Assembly: GCA_039586365.1 (NCBI GenBank)
Contig: JBDHKN010000004.1
Coordinates: forward strand, 29,036 to 93,035
DNA: 64,000 bases
Source of the DNA: Gemmatimonadota bacterium
GTDB lineage: Bacteria; Gemmatimonadota; Gemmatimonadetes; Gemmatimonadales; GWC2-71-9
Direction of reading: 5' to 3'
Shown: piece by piece, positions 39,374-48,472 of the stretch
Layout: the number at the start of each line of letters is the position of its first letter
Numbering within the stretch: the first letter of the stretch is position 1
The notes under the pieces: model-generated
The model's input: only the letters and a program-made list of their open reading frames with translations
Database searches by the model: none
What the model was told of the DNA's origin: nothing
Translations under genes and position numbers: made by a program

Positions 39374-40248
39374 AACTGGGAGCGGGGAGCGGAGAGCGGG
39401 GAGCCGGGAGCGGGGAGCGGAGAGCTGGGGGTTGGGAGCAGAGAGCAGAGAGCGAGCGGGGAGGTCGGCATCAACCGCACTGGACGGCGCATCGCGAGGT
39501 CCGCACGGTAGAGCTCGCCAAGTGGCCAGGTGGTCGGGTCGCCGCAGCTGTACTGGGAGTGATACTGACAATGATGTGGACCCCGGCTGTAGTGTGGGCG
39601 CAGAAGGGTAGGGTGCAGGTCAAGGAGGGGAACAGGCTCTATGCAGAAGGGCGCTTCCCAGAGGCGCACGAGAAGTATCTCGACGCTCTGCGTGACGCTC
39701 CCGATTCTCCACTGATCCGGTTCAACGACGGCAACGCACTGTATCGGACGGAGGAATACCAGAGAGCACTGGAGGGTTACAGGGAGGCAATCGGGAGTGG
39801 TGACCCGGAGTTGGTATCGCAGGGATGGTACAATCTGGGGAACGCGCTCTATAGGCAGCAGCAGTTGCGGGATGCACTGGAGGCCTACAAACAATCCCTG
39901 CGCGCGGATCCATCTGATGTGGATGCGAAACACAATCTGGAGCTGGTTTTGAAACAACTGCAGCAACAGCAGCAGCAACCACAGCAGCAGGGTCAAGAGG
40001 GACAGCAGGAAGAGCAGCAACAGGAGCAACAGGAGCAACAGGAGCAGGGGCAGCAACAAGAACAACAGGGAGGAGAGCAGCAGCAGAGCCAACAGCAACG
40101 AAGCCAGGATACTCCGCAGCCCCAACTGGGCCAGATGAGTCGTGAGGAAGCCGAACGACTGCTGCAGGCAATTCAAGAGGATCCCGGGAAGCTCAAGCGA
40201 CAACGCGCATCCAGTGCGGCTCGGAGACGACCGAGAAAGGACTGGTGA
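39370..40248 (+). CDS. batC: TPR protein BatC with Gln-rich tail; start uncertain
   Basis: GNRLY, FNDGNALY, YNLGNALY, DAKHNLEL, KDW end; GTG 39370 overlaps batB stop. Confidence 0.82.
   Translation: MKLGAGSGERGAGSGERRAGGWEQRAESERGGRHQPHWTAHREVRTVELAKWPGGRVAAAVLGVILTMMWTPAVVWAQKGRVQVKEGNRLYAEGRFPEAHEKYLDALRDAPDSPLIRFNDGNALYRTEEYQRALEGYREAIGSGDPELVSQGWYNLGNALYRQQQLRDALEAYKQSLRADPSDVDAKHNLELVLKQLQQQQQQPQQQGQEGQQEEQQQEQQEQQEQGQQQEQQGGEQQQSQQQRSQDTPQPQLGQMSREEAERLLQAIQEDPGKLKRQRASSAARRRPRKDW
39378..39454 (+). repeat. Heptamer array, 11 units of consensus G(G/A)GAGCN
   Basis: GGGAGCG GGGAGCG GAGAGCG GGGAGCC GGGAGCG GGGAGCG GAGAGCT GGGGGTT GGGAGCA GAGAGCA GAGAGCG. Confidence 0.88.
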
Positions 40249-42074
40249 CGGTGAAAACGGTGCTCCGTCCGGTGTGGTGGATTGCGATCCTGTCTGCGGC
40301 GCTATCAGGCGCACCTGCAGCGGCGCAAGACGTTGGGGCGCGGGCATACCTGAACCGTAACGAGGTTGGTATCAATCAACAGTTCGTCTTGAGCGTGGAA
40401 ATCTCTGGAACGCAACAGGTGGAATCGGATCCGGTGCTGCCCGACCTGGAGGAGTTCTCCATTTTTCTGGGTAGCAGCACGTCCACCTCGATGCAGATCA
40501 TCAATGGTCGCACGACGGTGTCCGTCACACTGCAGTATCGCTTCCAGGCCACCAAGGAGGGGACCTTCGAGATCGGGTCGGTCGAGGTGCGGGCCGGGGG
40601 GCGGACCGTGCGGACGGAATCGGTGACGATTGTGGTGACTGCCGATCCTGCACCGTCCCAGCCTGGACTAACCGAGCCAGGTGGCGACACTGAGATAAGT
40701 CCTGACGATCTGTTCGTGGCGGTGGAGGTGAGTAAGGACCGGGTGTACGAACACGAGCCGGTGGTAGTCGAATACAGGATATACACGCGTCTCGAAGTGA
40801 CTTCCTACAGCGTGGTTCGTATGCCTGGCACAGCAGGGTTTTGGGTAGAGGAGTTTCCTCAGCCTCCTGCGCCACAAATCGAGCGTGTGGTGCGCAATGG
40901 AGTCCAGTACGCCACGGCGGTGATACGCAAGGTGGCCATGTTTCCCACTGGTCCAGGTACCAAGACGATCGAGCCGATGTCGATAGAGGCACAGGTGCGC
41001 GTACAGCGGCGTTCGCTCGATCCATTCGAGAACTTCTTCCGCACGCCATCGCTGTTCGGATCGCGGGTCCCAGTGGTTGCTGCATCACAGCCGCGCGAGA
41101 TCGCAGTGTCACCACTGCCGGAGCGCGGCAAGCCACGGGGTTTCAGTGGGCTGGTGGGTGATCTCGCCGTCACTGCATCGGTCGACAAGACGCAAGCTGC
41201 CATGAATGAGGCGCTAACGTTCCGAGTGACAGTCGCAGGGGAGGGAAATCTACGCGCGGTAACTGCGCCCGCGATCAGCTTCCCGAGCGAATTCGAGGTG
41301 TATCCACCCGATGTATCGGAGCAGATCGACCGCAGTGACAACAGGGTGGGTGGCAGCAAGGTTTTCGAATACGTGCTGATTCCGCGGGCACCCGGTTCGG
41401 TGACCATTCCTTCAGTCCAGGTCGCCTATTTCGATGTCAATCGGCGTAGCTACGCCACAGCAGCGTCACAACCGATCGCGGTCACGGTTGCCGGTGAGGC
41501 CGTCGCAGGTCCCATGATTGCCGGCCGATCACGGGGTGGGATTGAGCAACTACGAGAAGACATCCGGTTCATTCGGATCGCGCAACCCAAGTTCCGGTCC
41601 AGAGATGGATCCCTGTTCAGCGAGGCGGGCTTCTGGATCGTGTTGCTGCTGCCGGTTGTGGCCGTTGGTGGTGCCTGGGGATTGCGCCGCTACCGCGATC
41701 GATTGGCAGGTGATGTTGCCTACGCAAGGCGACGGCGGGCTGGCCGCCTGGCTAGGAAGCGGCTATCACGTGCACGATCTCTGAGATCGCCGGACACGCA
41801 CCGGGAGTTCTATGCCGAGCTGGGCCGTGCGCTGCAGGGTTTCATTGGTGACAAGCTCAATCTGGCCGAAGCCGGGCTGATCAAGGAGGCTGTGCACTCG
41901 CAGTTCAGCGCGCGCGGCGTGTCTGCCGAGGTCGCAAGTGAGTACCTCGCCTGTGTCGAAATATGCGATCGTCAACGCTTCGCGCCTTCGCAGCCGAACG
42001 TCACTGAGATGAACGCATTCCTCGAGCGGGTGGAACGCGCCATGACAGACTTGGATCAGGAGTTGACCGGTTGA
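40245..42074 (+). CDS. batD: BatD family protein
   Basis: Signal peptide, repeated Ig-like units, FSGLVG, GEGNL, FEVYPP, C-terminal TM. Confidence 0.88.
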   Translation: MTVKTVLRPVWWIAILSAALSGAPAAAQDVGARAYLNRNEVGINQQFVLSVEISGTQQVESDPVLPDLEEFSIFLGSSTSTSMQIINGRTTVSVTLQYRFQATKEGTFEIGSVEVRAGGRTVRTESVTIVVTADPAPSQPGLTEPGGDTEISPDDLFVAVEVSKDRVYEHEPVVVEYRIYTRLEVTSYSVVRMPGTAGFWVEEFPQPPAPQIERVVRNGVQYATAVIRKVAMFPTGPGTKTIEPMSIEAQVRVQRRSLDPFENFFRTPSLFGSRVPVVAASQPREIAVSPLPERGKPRGFSGLVGDLAVTASVDKTQAAMNEALTFRVTVAGEGNLRAVTAPAISFPSEFEVYPPDVSEQIDRSDNRVGGSKVFEYVLIPRAPGSVTIPSVQVAYFDVNRRSYATAASQPIAVTVAGEAVAGPMIAGRSRGGIEQLREDIRFIRIAQPKFRSRDGSLFSEAGFWIVLLLPVVAVGGAWGLRRYRDRLAGDVAYARRRRAGRLARKRLSRARSLRSPDTHREFYAELGRALQGFIGDKLNLAEAGLIKEAVHSQFSARGVSAEVASEYLACVEICDRQRFAPSQPNVTEMNAFLERVERAMTDLDQELTG

Positions 42075-42835
42075 TGCCGCCAATCAGGTCCGTTTTACTG
42101 CTCGCCAGTTGCTTGGGATTCCCCGCCTTGGCGCACACTCAAGGAGGCTTGTTTGACGAAGGCAACCGCCTGTATCAGCAGGGCGACTACAACGGGGCGC
42201 TCGGTAGCTACCTCCGCATCGTTGAAGCAGGTCTGGAGAGCGGAGAACTATACTACAATATCGGCAATGCCTATTTCAAACTAGGTGATCTCGGACACTC
42301 GATTGTCTACTACGAACGCGCCCACCGTCTGTTGCCACGCGACCAGGACCTCCTGGCCAATCTGGAACTCGCGCGGTCCCTGACAGCTGACGAAATCACT
42401 CCGCTACCGGGCTTCTGGCTGTTCCGTGTGGTGGCGTGGTGGGTGAATCTGTTGGCGGAACCCCTGCTCATTGTCGTGGTGGCGGCAGCTTATCTACTAT
42501 CCATGGGTACTCTCATGGCTGTCATACTAAGACGCGGTACGGTATTGGCGGCTTGGGGACGTTGGGTCGCCATCGCCGCAGCAGCAGTCGCAGTTGTCTT
42601 CGGCAGCAACCTAGCCGTGAGAGAGCTCGGAATCGGCCAGTCTCCGGAGGCTGTCGTGATAGTGGAGGAGGTGCCAGTCCACTCGGCACCAACGGACGAC
42701 AGTTCGCTGATCGTGTTCACCATCCACGAAGGGACGAAAGTCCGGATCGACCGGAGCGCGGACGATTGGCTGGAGATCGTGTTGGCGGATGGGAAGGTGG
42801 GGTGGGTGCGGTCGGACGTAGTCGAGACCATTTGA
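42074..42835 (+). CDS. batE: BatE (TPR + bacterial SH3)
   Basis: YYNIGNAYFK, YYERA, IHEGTKV, W..I.LADGKVGWV. Confidence 0.88.
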   Translation: MPPIRSVLLLASCLGFPALAHTQGGLFDEGNRLYQQGDYNGALGSYLRIVEAGLESGELYYNIGNAYFKLGDLGHSIVYYERAHRLLPRDQDLLANLELARSLTADEITPLPGFWLFRVVAWWVNLLAEPLLIVVVAAAYLLSMGTLMAVILRRGTVLAAWGRWVAIAAAAVAVVFGSNLAVRELGIGQSPEAVVIVEEVPVHSAPTDDSSLIVFTIHEGTKVRIDRSADDWLEIVLADGKVGWVRSDVVETI

Positions 42836-43031
42836 AGCCAGCTGCAAGCCACCACAGCTGCAGCAGTCAATTCCCGCCAAGCCAGCCAGCTTCGGCTAGC
42901 CCACCTCCGGCGCTTCAAGCAGGAGGCTGCCCAAGCGACACGAGCCCCAGCTCTGCGTGCCCACTGGGGGTGCGCTGGGTTCCCGTTTACCTTATTCATT
43001 GGACCCTCGTGCAGGCGGCTCGAGAACTGGC

Positions 43032-43418
43032 ATGAGTGATTCCTCTGATATTTGTGCGTGGGCTCGCCTCTGGTCCACCGTGCGACCGCCCTACTCCAGA
43101 AATCTCCGGGCTGGAGGGTGGTATCCCGTCGTTAGGGAGGATTTGCTTGATCGCGTGACGATCAGAGTTGGCGAGACTGAGGTGGATGTACCGCGGCGAT
43201 TTCTGGAGCTGCGGCCCCGGCGTCCCAATCTCTTCAGTGTCGTACACCGTATCGGGTACGACGCTGTAGCCCGGAGGCAGTCGGTTCACAAGCTAGGCAA
43301 GCGCTACGCCGTGTGTCCGGCGTGCCGTTCCAGGTTCGCGTTGATCGGGCAACCGGAGATGATCCAATGTCCCCAATGCAAGCATGTAGGTGAGGTGTGT
43401 TGGTGGGAAGTTTCCTGA
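43032..43418 (+). CDS. Hypothetical protein with C-terminal CxxC...CxxC zinc ribbon
   Basis: YAVCPACRSR ... CPQCKH. Confidence 0.65.
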   Translation: MSDSSDICAWARLWSTVRPPYSRNLRAGGWYPVVREDLLDRVTIRVGETEVDVPRRFLELRPRRPNLFSVVHRIGYDAVARRQSVHKLGKRYAVCPACRSRFALIGQPEMIQCPQCKHVGEVCWWEVS

Positions 43419-43486
43419 TCTAGGGCCGGAGCAGAACAGTCACAGGGGTTACCCGACAACAGCGGCGTGTGCCGGAATCGAGGACA

Positions 43487-44476
43487 ATGAGTCAAGCGAC
43501 GTATCTGGACGACATCACCCAGTCAGTGGGCAATACGCCGTTGGTCAGGCTTCGTAAGCTCACGGTCGATCGTGGGATCTCTGCCACGGTCCTCGTGAAG
43601 CCGGAGTACTTGAACCCGACCGGTTCGGTGAAAGACCGCATGGCGATCTACATGCTCAATGCGGCAATAAAGTCGGGCAAGCTCAAGCCAGGTGGGACCA
43701 TCATCGAAGCCACCTCCGGTAACACCGGGGCGGGAGTGGCGATGTTTGCAGCGGCACATGGCTACCAGGCTGTCCTGACGATTCCGGACAAGATGTCCAC
43801 GGAGAAGATCGACACGCTGAGGGCGTTGGGCGCCCAAGTCCATATCTGTCCGACCGCGGTACCACCGGAAGATCCCCGGAGCTACTACGAGACCGCGAAG
43901 CGGCTGGCGCGGGAGCTCGACAACCATTTCATGCTCAACCAGTATCACAACTTGGACAACATCCAAGCGCACTATGCCACCACGGGTCCAGAGATCTGGC
44001 AGCAGACTGGAGGAAGGATCGATGTCTTCGTGGCTGGAGTGGGCACTGGTGGCACCATGTCTGGCACTGCGAAGTACCTCAAGGAACAGGATCCCAAGAT
44101 CAAAGTCGTGGCGGTCGATGTCGAGGGTTCGGTTTACTACGGGTATTTCAAGAATAAGCAGTTGCCGGAAGCCCATCCGTACTTGGTCGAGGGTATCGGT
44201 GATGATATGCTGTGCGAAACGGTCGATTTCGGTGTTATCGATGAGATGTACCAGGTCGATGACAAGACCAGTTTCCTCGTCGCCAGGGAGCTAGCCCGCA
44301 AGGAGGGGATTCTGGCCGGCGGTTCATCCGGATCGGCCTTGCATGCAGCTTTAGAGCACGCCAAGCAATTGGATCAGTCAAAGACCATGGTGGTGATCCT
44401 ACCCGACGCCGGTGCCAAGTACATCAGCAAGATGTTCGACGACGGGTGGATGCGCGAGAAGGGTTTCCTCGAGTAG
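43487..44476 (+). CDS. PLP-dependent cystathionine beta-synthase / cysteine synthase family enzyme
   Basis: [48 protein letters not shown]. Confidence 0.92.
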   Translation: MSQATYLDDITQSVGNTPLVRLRKLTVDRGISATVLVKPEYLNPTGSVKDRMAIYMLNAAIKSGKLKPGGTIIEATSGNTGAGVAMFAAAHGYQAVLTIPDKMSTEKIDTLRALGAQVHICPTAVPPEDPRSYYETAKRLARELDNHFMLNQYHNLDNIQAHYATTGPEIWQQTGGRIDVFVAGVGTGGTMSGTAKYLKEQDPKIKVVAVDVEGSVYYGYFKNKQLPEAHPYLVEGIGDDMLCETVDFGVIDEMYQVDDKTSFLVARELARKEGILAGGSSGSALHAALEHAKQLDQSKTMVVILPDAGAKYISKMFDDGWMREKGFLE

Positions 44477-44534
44477 CACCAGGCGGCATCCGCCTGGTTT
44501 CGGTTGGGCTGGTTACCCTACGACTGGAGCCGGC

Positions 44535-46703
44535 TCACATCCTCCAGAGATACGACATCTTGAGAAAGATGCTGCGTTTGGTCTCCAAGAATCGATCGCT
44601 GTCAGTGTAGCTGCCATTGTCCCACCGGGTCTTGTCATAGAGAGAGCCGTAACCGCAGTGAATCACGGTTCCTGGGATGTACGTGAACGAGGCGAGAATA
44701 TCCGTCAAAAGTTCCTGTCTGTAGTCGTTGTATTCGAGTATGCCGCGGAAGAACAGATACTTGTTCAGTTGGTAGGTCAGTCTACCGCGATAGATGGGAT
44801 AGTCGTAGATCAACTCTCCGTCCGAATCACGGCGGAAATCGACGTACACGAAACTCAGATCGGATCGCAGCTTATCCGACGGCTGATAGGTCAGATTGGC
44901 CGTTACGCGATTGCTGCGGCCTTGGTAGGGATCCTCCGAGTAGTAGATGGCGTTGACGTTGCGGTACAAGACACTTGCGAAGAGCTGTTTGGTCAGTTGG
45001 CCGCCGCCGGCTAGGTGAAATCCTCCGGTCTCGAACTTCTCGCCCAAGAAGATCTCAGTGGAATAGGAGTACTTCACTTTGAAAATCAGGCTGCCCCACA
45101 GGTATTCCTGGAATGAGACGTGGTTGAATGTCTCCCACCGGCCGCTCAGCCGGTCTCTGGTCTGGGCTGAGAACAACTCAGTATCGATCCGTCGAATGAA
45201 GCTCGAGTTGGGATAGATCTTGGGCCTGAGGAGGCCGCTGAACTGACTCAACCCGGTCCGAGTAACGAAACCGGTCTCAGTTGCAAAAGCCTCGGAGATG
45301 TCTTTGGCCACGACGCTGTAGTCGACACTGCGCGTGCTGTTGGCGTAGTGCAAGCCGATTGCGTGCCCGGGCTCAGCCGACGACTCGGCGGACTCTTTGG
45401 TGTGTGACAAGATCGCGTGGTATCCCAGGGTACTGGATTCCGTGATGCGGAGTTGGCCGTCTAGCCCCCCAACCCGGTTGAAATGGCCGGAATACTCCCT
45501 CCCCGCGTAGATCCCACCGATGTAGCTGTCCTCATTGAGCGCTCGTTTATAGCGCAGTATGGGTACGTGCGCATACTCCGTTTCGGCCGCAGGGTCCTGC
45601 GGGACTAGTTCGTCTGCGGCGTAGATCGACGCAATCATGTTGGCTTCACCGAGTTTGCCTGTCAGCTTCGCTCCGGCAATCGGATCCACTATGGTGCGGG
45701 TATAGACGATTGACCCCACCGGATCCAACTCGGAAGCTCCTGTGGCGGCGACTGCGAAGTGCTCGCCCCCCTCTCGGAAGAACGGTCGCTTTTCGGCGAA
45801 ATAGAGTTGGTAGCGTAGGTTGATGTCGACTTGACCTGCGTCGGCCTCAATCTGACTGAAGTCGGGATTGTATGTCCCATCGAGAATGAGATCGGAGGTG
45901 ATGCCGTACTTGGCGGTAGCACTGAATTCACCTCGATTCTCATCGGTCGCGAGCTGACCCTCATCGATCGATTGCCTGTGGCTGTACGTCACGGCAGGGA
46001 GTACCTCAACCAGCGTTTGGTTCTGCAAGTCGTGGAAGACCATCGGCGTCATTTGAGTGAGCCAAGAATCTCCTTGGGCTGGGTCGAGTGGCGGGCAGGT
46101 GCCGGCCTCGGAGCGGCGACTTACAAAGCGCTCGAAGATCACGCCCATCTGCACCGTGTCGCCGGTGGCGAACCGAATGCTCTTGAGCGGGATCTGGATC
46201 TCGATCGTATAGCCACTCGAATCGATTTGACCGCCGCTGTACCAAACCAGGTCGACGTTGGGATCTTCGTGGCCCCCGGCATAGCGAGTGTCACCCTGGA
46301 TGCCCAGTGGATTCACGTAGAACGCATAGAGAGATTGCTGGTCGTTGAATGAGTCCAAGTTGATTGCGATCCAGTCGTCGCGCCGGATGTTGTCGCGGTT
46401 CGTGATAGAGGCCTTGATCTTGTCGGGTTCACTGTCAAGCGAGTGGAACGCGAAGTAGAGGTTGCCTCCGTCATACGCCATGTAGGTACGGGTTTCCCCG
46501 ACCATTTCGTCGCCGTAGTCCGGAGCGTAGGTCTTGAAATTCGTGACGTAAGGCGCTTGCCGCCACACCGGGTCATCCAGTTTCCCGTCGATGAGCGGGG
46601 GATTGTCTGTTCTGAGTGGCGTAAACGGGCCCTGGGCGCGAGCTGCTACTGCGGGGACACAAGCTAGGGCCGTCGCCACGATGGCCGTTATACGGATTCT
46701 CAT
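44535..46703 (-). CDS. Secreted CBM9-like + DUF5916 outer-membrane protein
   Basis: Signal peptide, PLIDGKLDDPVW, NPDFSQIEAD, EKRPFF, C-terminal FLKMSYLWRM. Confidence 0.85.
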   Translation of the reverse strand: MRIRITAIVATALACVPAVAARAQGPFTPLRTDNPPLIDGKLDDPVWRQAPYVTNFKTYAPDYGDEMVGETRTYMAYDGGNLYFAFHSLDSEPDKIKASITNRDNIRRDDWIAINLDSFNDQQSLYAFYVNPLGIQGDTRYAGGHEDPNVDLVWYSGGQIDSSGYTIEIQIPLKSIRFATGDTVQMGVIFERFVSRRSEAGTCPPLDPAQGDSWLTQMTPMVFHDLQNQTLVEVLPAVTYSHRQSIDEGQLATDENRGEFSATAKYGITSDLILDGTYNPDFSQIEADAGQVDINLRYQLYFAEKRPFFREGGEHFAVAATGASELDPVGSIVYTRTIVDPIAGAKLTGKLGEANMIASIYAADELVPQDPAAETEYAHVPILRYKRALNEDSYIGGIYAGREYSGHFNRVGGLDGQLRITESSTLGYHAILSHTKESAESSAEPGHAIGLHYANSTRSVDYSVVAKDISEAFATETGFVTRTGLSQFSGLLRPKIYPNSSFIRRIDTELFSAQTRDRLSGRWETFNHVSFQEYLWGSLIFKVKYSYSTEIFLGEKFETGGFHLAGGGQLTKQLFASVLYRNVNAIYYSEDPYQGRSNRVTANLTYQPSDKLRSDLSFVYVDFRRDSDGELIYDYPIYRGRLTYQLNKYLFFRGILEYNDYRQELLTDILASFTYIPGTVIHCGYGSLYDKTRWDNGSYTDSDRFLETKRSIFLKMSYLWRM

Positions 46704-46880
46704 TTGGTTGCGTCGATCCTCTGCATGTCGGGCCGAGCGGCCCTGTTCGAGACACATGTGCTATCTACACCCAATAGGTATAACAAAAAGCTAGACTGTG
46801 TCCAGGGGGCAAGCCCAGGCTGGCGCAGTGGGATTCGATTGTGTACCCTAACCCCTGCGACAATGAAACCTTACGCTTAC

Positions 46881-46977
46881 GGGGGCGCATCGGGTCTGGT
46901 GGCCTGCGCGGTCTTCAAAACCGTTGGGAGGTGCCATTGGCGACTCCGGTGGGTTCGATTCCCACACGCTCCCGCCA
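46881..46977 (+). tRNA. selC: tRNA-Sec (anticodon TCA)
   Basis: 6-bp D stem with TGGT loop, anticodon loop CTTCAAA, long variable arm, GTGGG-TTCGATT-CCCAC, GCCA end. Confidence 0.95.
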
Positions 46978-46989
46978 GACAGGCCGGCG

Positions 46990-47051
46990 GGTTGGAAGGG
47001 CGCTAGGCTAAAGGCTAATGCCCGACCTTCCGACCTTCCAACCTTCCGACC
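46990..47051. repeat. Octamer repeat (CCGACCTT/CCAACCTT x3.5) with an inverted copy upstream
   Basis: GGTTGGAAGG at 46990 is complementary to CCTTCCAACC at 47034. Confidence 0.65.
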
Positions 47052-47962
47052 ACCCACCGGTCAAGCGCCGCGCCATCATGATTCTCAACCCGCATGCCGG
47101 ACGGGGTCGTGCCAGGAAGCTAGCGCGACCACTCCCCGATATCGCACGCGACATGGGGTGGGAGGTCGAACTGTGGGAGACGGAACACGCGGGCCACGAA
47201 GTCGATCTAGCGGCAAGAGCGAGGGACCAACGGTGGCCCGTAGTAGTGGCGGTCGGGGGTGACGGCACCGTGCATGGCGTGGTAAACGGCATGCACGCTG
47301 CGGGTCCGACAGATATGATCTTGGCTCACGTTCCCATCGGCACTGGTAACGACTTCGCCAAGACGGTGGGTCTCAACAAGGCAAGTCACCCGGAACGCAA
47401 TCTTCGCGCGGTACTGGCGGGCACGGTGCGCCATCTCGACCTCGGGAAGGTACTCGGGGAGTACTTCGTGAACGGGTTTGGGATGGGGTTCGCGGCGGAG
47501 GTGGTCAAGAACACGTTCGAGTTCAAGCGCTTGCGCGGCTTTGCGCTCTACCTCGCTTCGGTGATACGAACGTTCTTTGCGTTCCGCGCGCCTCTGCTGG
47601 CGATCAGCGCGACAGAGCACTGTGAAGACGGACGGTTGTTGATGGCGGAGATAGCGATCGGGAAGACAGCCGGGGGTGGTTTTCGCCTGACACCGGAGGC
47701 CGACCCGACTGACGGGCTGCTGGATGTCTTTATCGTCAGAGAAGTCGGGACGTTGACATTCATACGCTGTCTGCACCGAGTGCTGCTGGGTACGCACACC
47801 AAGCTGCCTCCGGTCACCATCTTTCAAACTCGTCGAGCCGAGGTGATGTCGTTGGGCGACCCGATCGCAGTTCATTTGGATGGTGAACTGCGATTCCCTC
47901 GAGAAGCCCGCTTGGTTGTCGAGATCGAACCAGCTAGACTAGCTGCATTATGCGCTGCCTAA
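47018..47962 (+). CDS. Diacylglycerol/lipid kinase family protein (YegS/DgkB-like); start uncertain
   Basis: NPHAG, GGDGT, PIGTGNDFA, DGLLDV, HLDGE. Confidence 0.92.
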   Translation: MPDLPTFQPSDHPPVKRRAIMILNPHAGRGRARKLARPLPDIARDMGWEVELWETEHAGHEVDLAARARDQRWPVVVAVGGDGTVHGVVNGMHAAGPTDMILAHVPIGTGNDFAKTVGLNKASHPERNLRAVLAGTVRHLDLGKVLGEYFVNGFGMGFAAEVVKNTFEFKRLRGFALYLASVIRTFFAFRAPLLAISATEHCEDGRLLMAEIAIGKTAGGGFRLTPEADPTDGLLDVFIVREVGTLTFIRCLHRVLLGTHTKLPPVTIFQTRRAEVMSLGDPIAVHLDGELRFPREARLVVEIEPARLAALCAA

Positions 47963-48471
47963 TATCGGTCATCGGACTGCTGCTGCTGGCGCTGCCGGTT
48001 GTCACAACTGCTCAGGTGCAGCAGCGACCGCCGCCACAGCAACAACAACAGCCGCAGCCAGAGGACACGATCCCGGTGCCGCCCTTTCGGTTTGAACCAC
48101 CGGTCTCACCGATGGGCGCTATGCTGAGGTCCATGGTGCTGCCGGGTTGGGGTCAGGCGGTTCTGCGTCGCAGGGGCGCTGGTGCGGTGTTCGTGTTCTT
48201 CGAGGGACTCACCCTGGCGATGTGGGTCAAGTCGCTCCATCAGGATTCCTACCTGAAGAGCACCGACGCAGACGCCGAGACACTGGAGAGTAAAGGTGCA
48301 GAGATAGAGGACTGGCTGGTGCTCCTTGTGTTCAATCACCTGCTGGCGGGTACCGAAGCCTACGTGTCAGCCAACCTGTGGGATTTCCCAGCCGAGTTGG
48401 AGGCGCGAGCGCTGCCGGCCGGGAGTGTGGGTTTGGGAGCAACGGTATACCTACCTCCGATTCCCTTCTGA
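47950..48471 (+). CDS. Hypothetical membrane protein (DUF5683-like)
   Basis: Signal peptide, AMLRSMVLPGWGQ, EAYVSANLWDF. Confidence 0.7.
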   Translation: MRCLISVIGLLLLALPVVTTAQVQQRPPPQQQQQPQPEDTIPVPPFRFEPPVSPMGAMLRSMVLPGWGQAVLRRRGAGAVFVFFEGLTLAMWVKSLHQDSYLKSTDADAETLESKGAEIEDWLVLLVFNHLLAGTEAYVSANLWDFPAELEARALPAGSVGLGATVYLPPIPF

Positions 48472-48472
48472 T

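Noticed and set aside
39378..39454. CRISPR array
   Set aside because: Contiguous 7-bp units without spacers; no cas genes anywhere in the window.
39955..40105. CAG/CAA-rich repeat
   Set aside because: Encodes the Gln/Glu-rich linker that is usual in BatC proteins.
39244..40347. Long antisense ORFs (also 1777-2718, 23012-23785, 24501-25313, 51850-52542)
   Set aside because: Shadow frames of well-supported genes in GC-rich DNA, with no recognisable motifs.
34370..42835. MoxR-DUF58-VWA-TPR cluster as a new system
   Set aside because: Matches the described Bat (Bacteroides aerotolerance) operon in content and order.
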